This document shows positions 8,925-18,661 of a stretch of 64,000 bases of DNA, one piece after another (within the stretch, counting starts at the first letter, position 1; every line of letters begins with the position of its first letter). Under the pieces are notes generated by a model. That model saw only the letters and a program-made list of their open reading frames with translations. It ran no database searches and was not told the DNA's origin. A program made the translations under genes and the position numbers. The stretch comes from Candidatus Micrarchaeota archaeon (lineage in GTDB: Archaea > Micrarchaeota > Micrarchaeia > Anstonellales > Bilamarchaeaceae), in contig WJMN01000025.1 of assembly GCA_014727925.1 (NCBI GenBank), forward strand, positions 2,575 through 66,574, in the 5' to 3' direction.

Positions 8925-10640
8925 TCAGCTGCCCTTATTTTCCCTGAACTTTTTAAGCCGGTCGCGCATTAGTTCCTTGTCGCTTTTCTTTGGGGGCCTG
9001 GGCGGGTTCCTGAGCACAAGATACCAGCCGAGCATTGAGCCTCCGACCAGCAGAACAAGGGCCACTGCGAACACTATGAACACCATGTTCGGGCCCTCCT
9101 CCTCTTCAGAGGCATAAGCCTGCTGGGATTCTGGGGGAGCAGGCTCTTCTTTAGCAGGTGGCACCTCAGGCTCCGGAGCAGGCGGAGGCTCAGGTGGCAC
9201 CTCGGGCTCGGAAACACTTACTGCCTTCTGGGAGGAAACGTTGCCATACCTGGCCTGTAATACAAAGGCACCTTCTGAGGGAATGGAAAAAGTGAGGTTG
9301 CCTTCAGAATTAGTATAGCCTGCAAGGAAGGGGAAGGATGGATCATCAAAATAGTATATTGCTGTGCTGCCCAGAGGCTCGCCATCCTGGTCCATGGCCT
9401 GGATGGTGATGTTCTCCCCCACCTCTACATATGTTGGGGAATGAAGCATAATCACTACAACATACCTCTCTGGTTCGGGTTCCGGAGGACGCTCTCCAAG
9501 CGCATAGGAGCCGTTGAGGCCAGGGAGGCTAAATTCCATGATTCGGGGGGAATGCTCCTGCGGCACGGGAGAATTAAGTGCTGTGCCTGAATTAATAATG
9601 GATTCTCTTGTGGTGTATTTGGAATCGGCCCGGAAAACAGCAGTTTCATTTTCAACCCCGGGGTCCTCCATGTAAACAGTCACATCTTCAAGAGAAAGGG
9701 GGACAGTGCCTGATGCATCTATTGAAACAACTCCTGGCTCAAGAATTATGTTGGAGCTGTTAAAATAATAGAACCGGGTTGTAGTGTATGGCTTGCGGGC
9801 GGAAAACTTGCCAAATGTTGCAGAGCCCGGAGTGCCTTTTTCGCCCAGGCTAAAATTTGTGAAGCTAAATGCCTTGCTCTGCATCGCAAAAAACAAGGGC
9901 TGTCCGTATATGTAGTTGTTTCCAAAAGTATTCATCGTTTCCCTTATGAGTATGGCGTATCCGGCATTATTGTGGAAAGTGTTGCCCTGGATAATGGAGG
10001 AAACCCCGTAAAGGTCTACCGGGGTGAGAAGCCCATGGAAATCATTTCCTGAAACCGTGGTTCCTTCGCAGAAACCCTCAGTGTAAACCCCGAATTCAGA
10101 GCCGGTAAACTCATTAGATAGGATGTGGTAGTCACCGCTTGAAGTGACATAGACCCCATAATCGCGGTTTGAAAAATAGCTGTTGCTGACTTCGCCGCCC
10201 GCCCAGCCATCTAAGCGGAGTCCAACGTTGTTGTTGGTGAAGCTGGCATCGGTGATGTCTGCGTCCCTTCCCTCATGCAGGGAAACTCCTTCCTTGCAGG
10301 AGTCCGCCTCCAAGCCTTCAAGATGCAGATTTCCCACTCCGCTTTCTGCATAAATGCCATATTTGAAAAAACCCACCTTGCAGTCTTTCAGGTGGATATT
10401 CTTCTCATTCTCCAGTATTCTTATTCCAGTAGAAGAATAGCTGCCAAGGAGCTGGTGGCCCCCACAGTCCAGAGTCACGCTGCTTGCATCAATCTTTATG
10501 CAGTTATTGTCTCCGGCATATTCAATATCGGAGACCAGGTAATACATGCCGGTTTCACCAATTGTAGTGCAGCTGTCTATATTCTCTGCAAGGGAAAATG
10601 CCAGGCCTGCCAGAAACAGGAACAACAATATTCTTCTCAT
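8925..10640 (-). CDS. cell-surface parallel beta-helix (NosD/pectin-lyase-like) protein with Pro/Glu linker and C-terminal TM anchor
   Basis: Signal peptide, CIKIDASSVTLDCGGH cap, repeated GI.L/N.F rungs, PEPEVPP linker, hydrophobic segment followed by basic tail. Confidence 0.75.
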   Translation of the reverse strand: MRRILLFLFLAGLAFSLAENIDSCTTIGETGMYYLVSDIEYAGDNNCIKIDASSVTLDCGGHQLLGSYSSTGIRILENEKNIHLKDCKVGFFKYGIYAESGVGNLHLEGLEADSCKEGVSLHEGRDADITDASFTNNNVGLRLDGWAGGEVSNSYFSNRDYGVYVTSSGDYHILSNEFTGSEFGVYTEGFCEGTTVSGNDFHGLLTPVDLYGVSSIIQGNTFHNNAGYAILIRETMNTFGNNYIYGQPLFFAMQSKAFSFTNFSLGEKGTPGSATFGKFSARKPYTTTRFYYFNSSNIILEPGVVSIDASGTVPLSLEDVTVYMEDPGVENETAVFRADSKYTTRESIINSGTALNSPVPQEHSPRIMEFSLPGLNGSYALGERPPEPEPERYVVVIMLHSPTYVEVGENITIQAMDQDGEPLGSTAIYYFDDPSFPFLAGYTNSEGNLTFSIPSEGAFVLQARYGNVSSQKAVSVSEPEVPPEPPPAPEPEVPPAKEEPAPPESQQAYASEEEEGPNMVFIVFAVALVLLVGGSMLGWYLVLRNPPRPPKKSDKELMRDRLKKFRENKGS

Positions 10641-10731
10641 CTGCCCACCTATGCTAAAATCGGAGAAAAGAATTAAATTGCTTGTTATTTTGGGAAAAAG
10701 AAAAGAAAAAAAAGAAGGGGGGTTCCCCTGC

Positions 10732-12858
10732 TTATTCCGAAGGCATTTCCGGGCCTGCCCCCAATTCGGGGCATTCTGTCTCCCAGGGCTTGATGCACTC
10801 CTTCAGGGACTCGCACCACACATACCCTGCAGAGCCTTTGCAGCCGTGCTCATCAGTATCCCCGCCTGTTTCTGTGCCAGGGACATTAACGGTTGCAGTA
10901 TTGGACTGGTCTCCTTCATTGCCTGCACTGTCTACTGCAGTTACATAATATGCATACTCATAACCTTCGGATACCCCCGTGTCGCGCCAGGTTGTGCTCC
11001 TTGTGCTCCCAACCTTGCTAAACATCCCGAGGTCTGTGTTGCTGCGGTAGATGTAATACTCATGGATATCCCCTGAAGGCCTGTCCCAGCTTAGGTGCAC
11101 CACGCTGTTCCTGTCCACTGTTGCGCTCAGGTGCCTTGGCGGCCCGGGCGGTTCAGCATCAAGGTAGATGGATGCATGTGCGCTTTCCTTTCCATAGTCA
11201 TTCTTGCACTGGTAATATACTGTCTTTTTGCCGCCCCCGTCTGAAAGCGTCCAGTCCATGCTGGTTGTGTAGTGGCGGTAAGAAGACCAGCTCTCACCAT
11301 AGTTCTTGAGCCTGCAGGCATCTGCATTTGTTGCGTGCAGCTTAAGGGTTACGTCCCTGCTGGAGGTATGTGAGGCCCCGTTGTTTATCTTTATCCTCAT
11401 GCTGGATGGGGGGTTGGGCTCCCTTTTGGAGTAAGTAATGTCTGCCTCTGCAGAGCCAAGGTCGTTGCCATTGGAATCCTTGCAGTTGTAGTGGACAGTC
11501 TTGTCTCCTTCCCCTGAAGAGAGCGTCCAGTACTTCCTTGTTGTGTAGCTGCTCCAGCCGCTCCAGTCGCCCCCTTCATTCCTATACCTGCACTGGTCTG
11601 CTGCAAAGCAGTAAAGGCCGAGCTTCACGTCCCTGGAGTTGGTCCAGTCATCCCCATTGTCTATTTCTATTGAGATTTTGTCTCCCTTGTGGGTGTCAAG
11701 CACAACAGAGTCGGAAGCAACCTGGGAAAGCTGCCCCTCTGTGCTCTTGCACTCCACATAAACCGTTTTTGTGCCGTCTCCTGAACTGAGTGTCCACTGT
11801 TTCTCCTGCACATATGGGACCCAGTTGCCCCATACTTTATTTTCGTTTGAAAACCTGCACTCTGCTGCATTGTCTGCAATTACATCCAGGGTTACATACC
11901 TTGTATCTACATACCCTGAGCCGCTTTCAATGTGGAGCTCTACTCCGGTTGGGGTAGTGTCCACAGAGAAGCTTACGGATTCTTCTGCAGAATTTACACC
12001 ATCGTTGCAGCTTATTGTAAGGGTGTGTTGCCCTGGGTTTGCATTTACGGTCATTGTGTCCTGCTCCCCAACATCCAGGTGGCCGATTGCAATGGCCCCG
12101 CCATCCACATCACCGCTGCAGGAGATTGTGGAGGACATTGGGTCTGTGACTGTAAACTTGAGTTCAAACTGGGTGGCATAACTGGCTCCGCTCTCTGGAG
12201 AAGATATTGAGATGCTTGGCCCGCTGCTGTCCAGCTCAATGGATGCGCTTACAGGTATTGCTTCGTTTCCTTGAGCATCCCTGCATTTGTAATAGACGTC
12301 CTTCATTCCATCACCGGAAGAAAGCTGCCAGTCCATTGAAGTTGTGTAAGCTGCCCAGTCGCTCCAGGTTGATTTGTCGTTGGAAACCCTGCACTCAGAT
12401 GCGCCCGTTGCTGAAAGCGTGAGCGTAACATCCGGGCTGTTTGTATGCGTGGCCCCGTTGTTGACCTGGACTGAGAGCCCGCTTGGGGGGTTCACATCAG
12501 TTGATGCGCTCGCCTGCTCTGTGTTGGTATCTTCTGTACCGCCTGAGGTAACTGAGCGGACAGTGTAGTAATATACTACGCTGCTCTCCACATTTGTGTC
12601 TGTGTAAGAGGTTCCGGTTACCAGCACAGGGTTGATTTTCACTCCCAGGTCCCCTGCGGCCGTGCTCCGGTACACATTGTACCCGGTAACATCGGCTTTC
12701 TGGGATGGGTTCCAGTTGACTTCAATTCCTCCTGCGACAGCTTTTGCGGTTACTCCGGTTGATTCTGGCCCGCCTCCGGGGCAGCCGGCAAGTAGCACAA
12801 AAGAAAGCAGTACAAGTCCCAAAAATACTAATAGTATGTTCTTGTTTTGCATTCCCAC
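10732..12858 (-). CDS. lipoprotein with two FN3 domains, four Cys-paired Ig-like repeats and a C-terminal DEHGCxxSAGYxWC module
   Basis: LLAGC lipobox; FN3 motifs (GYNVYRS, YYYTVRSV; YYIYRS, YYVTAVDSAGNE); four repeats containing WxLSSGDGxKxVYxxC. Confidence 0.8.
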   Translation of the reverse strand: MGMQNKNILLVFLGLVLLSFVLLAGCPGGGPESTGVTAKAVAGGIEVNWNPSQKADVTGYNVYRSTAAGDLGVKINPVLVTGTSYTDTNVESSVVYYYTVRSVTSGGTEDTNTEQASASTDVNPPSGLSVQVNNGATHTNSPDVTLTLSATGASECRVSNDKSTWSDWAAYTTSMDWQLSSGDGMKDVYYKCRDAQGNEAIPVSASIELDSSGPSISISSPESGASYATQFELKFTVTDPMSSTISCSGDVDGGAIAIGHLDVGEQDTMTVNANPGQHTLTISCNDGVNSAEESVSFSVDTTPTGVELHIESGSGYVDTRYVTLDVIADNAAECRFSNENKVWGNWVPYVQEKQWTLSSGDGTKTVYVECKSTEGQLSQVASDSVVLDTHKGDKISIEIDNGDDWTNSRDVKLGLYCFAADQCRYRNEGGDWSGWSSYTTRKYWTLSSGEGDKTVHYNCKDSNGNDLGSAEADITYSKREPNPPSSMRIKINNGASHTSSRDVTLKLHATNADACRLKNYGESWSSYRHYTTSMDWTLSDGGGKKTVYYQCKNDYGKESAHASIYLDAEPPGPPRHLSATVDRNSVVHLSWDRPSGDIHEYYIYRSNTDLGMFSKVGSTRSTTWRDTGVSEGYEYAYYVTAVDSAGNEGDQSNTATVNVPGTETGGDTDEHGCKGSAGYVWCESLKECIKPWETECPELGAGPEMPSE

Positions 12859-12952
12859 ACCGCAGCCTACTACTGGGAGAAAGTATAAATAGGTTTCTGG
12901 GTGTTCTGGGTTGAGTAGTTTGGGGGTATGGCTGGCATAGTGGGGCAGAAGA

Positions 12953-12967
12953 GAAACTTATTTAAAG
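12953..12967 (+). promoter_or_regulatory. BRE/TATA promoter of the ribosomal superoperon
   Basis: GAAAC-TTA-TTTAAAG about 130 nt upstream of the rpl3 ATG. Confidence 0.5.
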
Positions 12968-13004
12968 ACTTCTATAATAAATAGTGCTACTTCTTTCGTT
13001 TATC

Positions 13005-13081
13005 GCGTCCCTTCATCCTGAGGCCGGTTTCCGGTTTCGGGGGCTGCAGCCCGGGAGGCTGTTGTTGAGGAAGGGCTACGC
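13005..13081 (+). ncRNA. candidate structured ribosomal-protein leader RNA upstream of rpl3
   Basis: Outer stem GCGU-CCCUUC/GAAGGG-(CU)-ACGC encloses two hairpins, UCCUGAGGCCGG-UUU-CCGGUUUCGGGG and GCAGCC-CGGGA-GGCUGU. Confidence 0.5.
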
Positions 13082-13096
13082 AAAAGAGGGAAATTT

Positions 13097-14065
13097 ATGA
13101 CAGATATTTGGAAGCCCCGAAAGGGTTCGTTAGCATTCAGGCCGAGAGGCAGGGCAAGAAGCCAGGTGCCCAGGGTCAGACACTGGGCTGAGTCCGGAGA
13201 GTCAAGGCTGCTTGGGTTTGCAGGATACAAGGCAGGAATGACGCACCTGACATTCATAGACGACACTGATGGCCCCACAAACGGGCAGGAAGTATGCTCT
13301 GCAGTAACCGTCATTGAGGTTCCCCATCTCTATGTTTATGGGATACGGGGGTACAAAGACGGGAGAATAACCGGAGACAGGCTTGTTGAGGATGGCAAAA
13401 TGCTCAGCAGGCTGGGAATCGGGAAACAGGGAGGCAGCAAGAAAAAACCTGCAACAGTTGAATTCAATGAAGAGAATGTTTCGCGGATTTCTGTGCTTGT
13501 CGCACTTTACCCGGAAAGAACAGGAATCGGGAAAAAGCACCCGGAAAAGATGGAAATCCCGGTTGGTGGCTCGGGAATTAATGAAAAAATTGAGTACGCG
13601 CAGTCAAAGCTCGGGAAGGAGATGGGCGCAGAAGATATATTCAAGGGAGGAGAATACCTTGACGTAATCTCCATCTCAACAGGAAAGGGATGGCAGGGCA
13701 CAAGAAAAAGGTTTGGAACCGCCCTGCACAGGCCAAAGGCAACAAAACAGAGAAGGGCCTCGGGAACCCTGGGGCAGTGGCACCCTGCATACATACTTTA
13801 CACTGCAAGGAGAGCAGGGCAGCTGGGGTACCATACGAGGACTGAAGCAAACAAGAGAATAATGAAAATCGGCAATGATGTGGATGAGGTGAATCCCAAG
13901 GGCGGATTCCCGCACTACGGCTTTGTAAAAAACGAGTATGTGCTGCTCAAGGGCTCTGTGCCCGGACCGGTAAAAAGAATGGTCAGGCTTAGGCTGGGCA
14001 CAAGGGCGCCTGAAAAGGTGCAGGAGCCAAAACTTACCTCCATATCTGTGGAATCAAAGGTGTGA
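13097..14065 (+). CDS. rpl3: 50S ribosomal protein uL3
   Basis: PRKGSLAFRPR, GYKAGMTH, GKGWQG and GSVPGP motifs. Confidence 0.97.
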   Translation: MTDIWKPRKGSLAFRPRGRARSQVPRVRHWAESGESRLLGFAGYKAGMTHLTFIDDTDGPTNGQEVCSAVTVIEVPHLYVYGIRGYKDGRITGDRLVEDGKMLSRLGIGKQGGSKKKPATVEFNEENVSRISVLVALYPERTGIGKKHPEKMEIPVGGSGINEKIEYAQSKLGKEMGAEDIFKGGEYLDVISISTGKGWQGTRKRFGTALHRPKATKQRRASGTLGQWHPAYILYTARRAGQLGYHTRTEANKRIMKIGNDVDEVNPKGGFPHYGFVKNEYVLLKGSVPGPVKRMVRLRLGTRAPEKVQEPKLTSISVESKV

Positions 14066-14068
14066 TAG

Positions 14069-14848
14069 ATGAAAGCTGACAGTTATACAATGAAGGGAAC
14101 CCCTGGGAAGAAAATCGACCTGCCGGGGCAGTTTGAGCAGGAAGTCCGGGAGGAGATGATAAGGAGGGCAGTGCTCAGTGATGAAAGCAGGGAATACCAG
14201 CCAAAGGGGAGCTACCGGTTCGCAGGAATGGAAACATCCGCAAAATACCGGGGAAGAAAAGGCGCATATGGTTCCCTTAAGAACAGGGGGCAGGCAATGC
14301 TTCCGAGGGAAGTCAGGCCTGAAGGGCTCATGGGCAGGGTAGCCAAAATACCCTCCGCAAAAGGCGGGAGGAGGGCGCATCCCCCAAAGCCGGAAAAGAA
14401 AATTGTAGAGAATATTAACAAAAAGGAATACCACAAGGCGCTTATCAGTGCAATAGCAGCAACCGCCCACCCGGAGCTTGTAAAAGCAAGGGGGCACATC
14501 TTTGAAAACGAAGCGCCAATCGTATTTGAGGATGGCCTTGAGAAAGCCAAGAAAACAAAGGAGGTGCTTGAGGCACTTGCGCCGGTCATAGGAAAGGACC
14601 TTGAGAGGGCAAAAAACAACCGGAAGCCCAGAAGCGGAACCCGGAAAAGGAAGGCAGGGACCAGGACCCCAAAAAGCGCGCTCATTGTGGTGAGCGGCGG
14701 GGACATCCTGAAATCAGCAAGAAACCTAACCGGGGTGGACGTGATAAGTGTAGGCGAGCTAAAGGTAAAACACCTTGCGCCCGGGACCCATCCAGGAAGG
14801 CTTACCATATATACCGAAGCCGCGCTCAAAAAGATAGGGGAGTTGTGA
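14069..14848 (+). CDS. rpl4: 50S ribosomal protein uL4
   Basis: GGRRAHPPK and LAPGTHPGRLTIYT motifs. Confidence 0.97.
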   Translation: MKADSYTMKGTPGKKIDLPGQFEQEVREEMIRRAVLSDESREYQPKGSYRFAGMETSAKYRGRKGAYGSLKNRGQAMLPREVRPEGLMGRVAKIPSAKGGRRAHPPKPEKKIVENINKKEYHKALISAIAATAHPELVKARGHIFENEAPIVFEDGLEKAKKTKEVLEALAPVIGKDLERAKNNRKPRSGTRKRKAGTRTPKSALIVVSGGDILKSARNLTGVDVISVGELKVKHLAPGTHPGRLTIYTEAALKKIGEL

Positions 14849-14853
14849 TTAAT

Positions 14854-15102
14854 ATGATATTAAAGGAGCCGATAAAGACGGAAAAAGCGATTGGGAAAAT
14901 AGAATTCGAGAACACCATCACCTTCAAGGTGGATGAGAGAGCCACCAAGAAAGACGTCCAGGATGAGATTGAAAAGCTGTTCAAGGTAAAAGTAAAATCA
15001 GTAAATACCTACCTTGCCCCAAAAGGGGGGAAAAGGGCAGTAGTGAGGCTTGCGGAAGGCCATAAGGCCGAGGATATTTCATCCAAACTTAAGATGGCAT
15101 AG
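14854..15102 (+). CDS. rpl23: 50S ribosomal protein uL23
   Basis: TEKA, ENTITFKVD, VNT and KRAVVRL motifs; operon position. Confidence 0.95.
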   Translation: MILKEPIKTEKAIGKIEFENTITFKVDERATKKDVQDEIEKLFKVKVKSVNTYLAPKGGKRAVVRLAEGHKAEDISSKLKMA

Positions 15103-15110
15103 GTGAATGC

Positions 15111-15842
15111 ATGGGTAAAAGACTGAGGTCACAAAGAAGGGGAAGCGGAAGTTCCAGGTACCGGTCAGCTAAAAACAGGTACAAGGTAAAGCTTAGATAC
15201 AGGTCATATGACGATGTTGAGAAAACAGGTGTGATTCGCGGCCAGGTGACCGGATTCATGGATGACCCTGCAAGAAATGCCATATTAATGAAAGTAAAAT
15301 ATGATAATCACGAAGAAGGTTACCTAATAGCCCCGGAGGGGGTATGTGAAGGCGATTACGTGGAGCTGGGGGTACAGGCAAGGCTTGCCTTCGGCAACGT
15401 GCTGCCGCTCTATAGGATACCTGAAGGTACAGCGATATACAATGTTGAAAAGGTACCCGGAGACGGAGGAAAATTCATAAGGGCTCCCGGCACTGCGGGC
15501 CTTGTTGTTGGAAAGGAGGATAACCGGATTTCCATAAAGCTTCCCAGCAAGAGGACCATAACGGTTTCGTCAGAATCAAGGGCACAGATAGGTGTCGTAA
15601 ACGGAGGAGGGCTGAAGGAGAGGCCCCTGAAGAAAGCAGGGACTGCATACTACAAACACAAGGCAAAGAGCACAAGGCTGTGGCCAAGGACCCGGGGTGT
15701 GGCGATGAACGCTTACACCCACCCGCATGGTGGAAAGCACCACCACGCAGGAAAATCAACCAGTGTGGCCAGGGGAACGCCCCCGGGAAGAAAAGTCGGG
15801 CATATTGCGTCCAAGAGAACCGGGAGGAAAACAAAAGGGTGA
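15111..15842 (+). CDS. rpl2: 50S ribosomal protein uL2
   Basis: MGKRLRSQRRG, RGVAMNAYTHPHGG and PPGRKVGHIA motifs. Confidence 0.97.
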   Translation: MGKRLRSQRRGSGSSRYRSAKNRYKVKLRYRSYDDVEKTGVIRGQVTGFMDDPARNAILMKVKYDNHEEGYLIAPEGVCEGDYVELGVQARLAFGNVLPLYRIPEGTAIYNVEKVPGDGGKFIRAPGTAGLVVGKEDNRISIKLPSKRTITVSSESRAQIGVVNGGGLKERPLKKAGTAYYKHKAKSTRLWPRTRGVAMNAYTHPHGGKHHHAGKSTSVARGTPPGRKVGHIASKRTGRKTKG

Positions 15843-15848
15843 GTTTGA

Positions 15849-16247
15849 ATGGTTAAAAAAGAACTTTTCAGAGGAATGGAAGAAGAAGAGGTTAAAGGCG
15901 TGGGCATGGAGGACTTCCTCCAGATGCTTACTTCCAGAGAAAGGAGAACATTAAAGAGGATTAACCAGAACCCGAGCCTGAAGCATCTTGTAGAAAAGGC
16001 GAGGAAGGTGAAAGAAAAGGACCCTAAGAAAATGATAAAGACCCACTGCAGAGAAGCAGTTATCCTCCCTGAGTGGATGGGGCTCATCTTTGGGGTTTAC
16101 AACGGAAAGGAGTTCAAGCGGGTTGAGATAACAATCAAGCACCTCGGAAAGAGGCTTGGGGAATTCTCGCACAGCACCGGAAGGGTTATGCACTCTGGCC
16201 CGGGTGTGGGAGCCACAAGGGGTTCAAAGTTCGTGCCCCTGAAATGA
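15849..16247 (+). CDS. rps19: 30S ribosomal protein uS19
   Basis: KTHCRE..ILPE, YNGKEF and GVGATRGSKFVPLK motifs. Confidence 0.97.
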   Translation: MVKKELFRGMEEEEVKGVGMEDFLQMLTSRERRTLKRINQNPSLKHLVEKARKVKEKDPKKMIKTHCREAVILPEWMGLIFGVYNGKEFKRVEITIKHLGKRLGEFSHSTGRVMHSGPGVGATRGSKFVPLK

Positions 16248-16257
16248 TGTGATGTGA

Positions 16258-17043
16258 ATGAGTTACTCATACAAAATTGAAAACGAGTCGGACTTTGCCA
16301 AGGCAAGAGTAGAGGATGTAAATGCATCCCCCAAGGACCTTGCAGAAGTCTGCTACAACATCAGAAGAAAACCGGCCGAAGCGGCACTTCAGCTGCTAGA
16401 AGAGGCAAAGGCACGGAAGCGGCCCATACGGTACCGTGCCCACAACACAAGGATGGCCCACAGAAAAGAGCTGCAGGGGCAGAAGGGAAGGTGGCCTGTG
16501 AAGTGTGTTGGGATTGTGCTCAAGTGCCTTGAATCCGCAGTTGCAAATGCAAAGGAGAGGGGCCTGAGCGAAGAGCTTGTAGTTGCCCATGCATCAGCAA
16601 ACAAGAAACACTCATATATGCGCTATTCCTCCAAGGGAAGAAGAAACATCTCCAGGCTGGAAACCGCCCGTGTGGAGATTGTGCTTAAAGAGAAAGAAGA
16701 GGGAAAGAAGAAACGGCTTGAGGAAGAGAAAAAGAAGAAAGAGGAAAAATCAAAGAAAAACGCCGCAGAAGAGAAGAAAAAGAAGGAGGAGCAGAAGAAG
16801 GCAGCGGAAAAATCGGAGGCTTCCCAGAAGAAGGAAGAAAAACCCGGGGCGAAGAAAGAGGAAAAAGCTGCAAAGCCGGAAGAGAAGGGGGAAAAGCCGG
16901 AAACAGCGAAAGCAACACCTGAAGAGAAAAAGGAAGCTCCGGAGCCCGAAACAAAGAAGGGGGTGGAGCCTCCGGAAAAAAAGGCAGTGCCCAAAACCGA
17001 AAAGCCGAAACCTGAAACCAAGGGCAAAGAAGAGGTGAAATGA
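16258..17043 (+). CDS. rpl22: 50S ribosomal protein uL22 with long K/E/P-rich C-terminal tail
   Basis: GRWPVK, SAVANA and VEIVL core plus about 115-aa low-complexity extension. Confidence 0.95.
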   Translation: MSYSYKIENESDFAKARVEDVNASPKDLAEVCYNIRRKPAEAALQLLEEAKARKRPIRYRAHNTRMAHRKELQGQKGRWPVKCVGIVLKCLESAVANAKERGLSEELVVAHASANKKHSYMRYSSKGRRNISRLETARVEIVLKEKEEGKKKRLEEEKKKKEEKSKKNAAEEKKKKEEQKKAAEKSEASQKKEEKPGAKKEEKAAKPEEKGEKPETAKATPEEKKEAPEPETKKGVEPPEKKAVPKTEKPKPETKGKEEVK

Positions 17044-17873
17044 TGGCTATAGAAACTAAATTCATAGACAACCCCATCGAAAGGCACAAAGTAATGAAAT
17101 ACCTAGAAAGGGAGCTGGACAGGGCAGGAGTGGCGAGCATAGAAATACAGAGAACCCCAGTAACCACCAGGATTGCGATTGAAGTGCTCAACCCGGGAAG
17201 AGTTATCGGAAAGAAGGGCAAGACCATCAACAAGCTTACAGAAACCCTGAAGCAGAAATTCAAGCTGGACAATCCGCAGATAAGTGTGGTTGAAGTAGAA
17301 AACCCTGCACTGGAGCCCAGGCTCATTGCAAAAAAGGCAGCAAGACACATAGAGATGGGCAAAAAAGTGAGGGCAGTGCTCCACTTCCTGCTCAAGGACA
17401 TCATGAGGAATGGTGCACTTGGCGGGGAGATTGTTGCTGCAGGAAAAATCGGGGCAAAGGGGGCAAGGAGCAAAAGCCTCAGGGTTGCGGACGGATACAT
17501 ACCCAAGGCGGGCGAGCCGGCAAGGCTGGTTAATGAGGCGCACGTTTCAGCAAACACCAAATCAGGAGTAATCGGGGTATTGGTAAGGGTTGCGCCCCCG
17601 GGAACGGTTTTCCCGGACAAGCCGGAAGGTGCAGAAATATGCTCAAGCATCACAAGTGAAGACAGGTATGTGAAACGCACAGACAGGGGAGGAAGGAGGC
17701 AGCAGGAAACCGAGAGAGTGCAGGGTCCTCCAAAAGACGTAAGTGCAAGGCCCGGGAAAAAATCCGAGGAGAAGGCGGGCACCAAAACAGAAAACCCGGA
17801 ACCCGGAACCAAAGGAGAGAAGAGAGTTCCGGGAAAGGAGAAGGTGGCTGAAGAGAAAAAAGGGGTGAAATGA
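17043..17873 (+). CDS. rps3: 30S ribosomal protein uS3 with C-terminal extension
   Basis: KH motif PGRVIGKKGKTI, GALGGEI..AGK, GVIGVLV. Confidence 0.95.
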   Translation: MAIETKFIDNPIERHKVMKYLERELDRAGVASIEIQRTPVTTRIAIEVLNPGRVIGKKGKTINKLTETLKQKFKLDNPQISVVEVENPALEPRLIAKKAARHIEMGKKVRAVLHFLLKDIMRNGALGGEIVAAGKIGAKGARSKSLRVADGYIPKAGEPARLVNEAHVSANTKSGVIGVLVRVAPPGTVFPDKPEGAEICSSITSEDRYVKRTDRGGRRQQETERVQGPPKDVSARPGKKSEEKAGTKTENPEPGTKGEKRVPGKEKVAEEKKGVK

Positions 17874-18052
17874 TGGCAGTGTACAAGATTTCAGAACTCC
17901 GCGGGCTGGATGAGTCGGAACTCAAAAAGAAGCTTGATGAGCTTAACCTAGCATTGCTTGAAGCAGGTGAAGAAAACCCAAAGAAAAACAGGGAAATACG
18001 GAAGGCAATTGCAAGGATAAAAACAATCCGGAATGAGAAAAAGAGCGTATAA
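17873..18052 (+). CDS. rpl29: 50S ribosomal protein uL29
   Basis: ELR..EL and IRKAIARIKT motifs. Confidence 0.92.
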   Translation: MAVYKISELRGLDESELKKKLDELNLALLEAGEENPKKNREIRKAIARIKTIRNEKKSV

Positions 18053-18066
18053 AAGAGGGAAACAAA

Positions 18067-18372
18067 TTGGCTGAGATATGTCCGAAATGCGGAATGATAG
18101 AGGATCTCTGCGCATGCGAGATTCTGGATAAGGAAGAAGTGACGAAGATAAGGGTTTACGTAACCAAGAAAAAGTTCAGAAAACTGGTTACAGTGATTGA
18201 AGGCATAGACAAGAACCGGGTGTCCGAAGCGGCAAAATCCCTTAAACAGGCTCTGGCCTGCGGAGGCAGCGCAAAGGAAGGATCAGTTGTACTACAGGGA
18301 AACCACAAGAGGAAAGTGAAGGGGATCCTTGTTAAACTGGGATATCCGGAGGAAAGCATAGAAGTTGAGTAG
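18067..18372 (+). CDS. translation initiation factor SUI1 (aIF1)
   Basis: CPKCG..LCAC, KLVTVIEG, LACGG and LQGNH; TTG start. Confidence 0.93.
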   Translation: MAEICPKCGMIEDLCACEILDKEEVTKIRVYVTKKKFRKLVTVIEGIDKNRVSEAAKSLKQALACGGSAKEGSVVLQGNHKRKVKGILVKLGYPEESIEVE

Positions 18373-18657
18373 ATGGGAAGAGATGGGCGTGCGGCCGGAT
18401 GGCCGCTGCACCTGATGGGTGAGTTCATCGGAAAGCACCTGAAGGTGCTAGAAAGCCCTGTTGAAAGCTTCTATGAAAAAGAAGGAAAAATCGTGGATGA
18501 AACAAAAAACACCTTCGTGATTGAGGCCGGGAAAAAGGAAAAAATAATTCCGAAAAAAGGCTCGGTCTTTGAAATCGGGAGAATGATAGTCCGCGGTGAT
18601 GAAATAATGTTCAGGGCCGAAGAACGGCCGAAAAAACTCAGAAAGAAAATAAGGTGA
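18373..18657 (+). CDS. rnp1: ribonuclease P protein component 1 (Rpp29/Pop4)
   Basis: EFIG..G.IVDETKNT..IPK motif; conserved position after SUI1. Confidence 0.9.
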   Translation: MGRDGRAAGWPLHLMGEFIGKHLKVLESPVESFYEKEGKIVDETKNTFVIEAGKKEKIIPKKGSVFEIGRMIVRGDEIMFRAEERPKKLRKKIR

Positions 18658-18661
18658 TAAC

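Noticed and set aside
16685..17812. 375-aa minus-strand ORF, and similar antisense ORFs across the ribosomal cluster (e.g. 23870-25060, 20376-21194)
   Set aside because: Shadow frames of purine-rich r-protein genes with F/S/L-rich composition.
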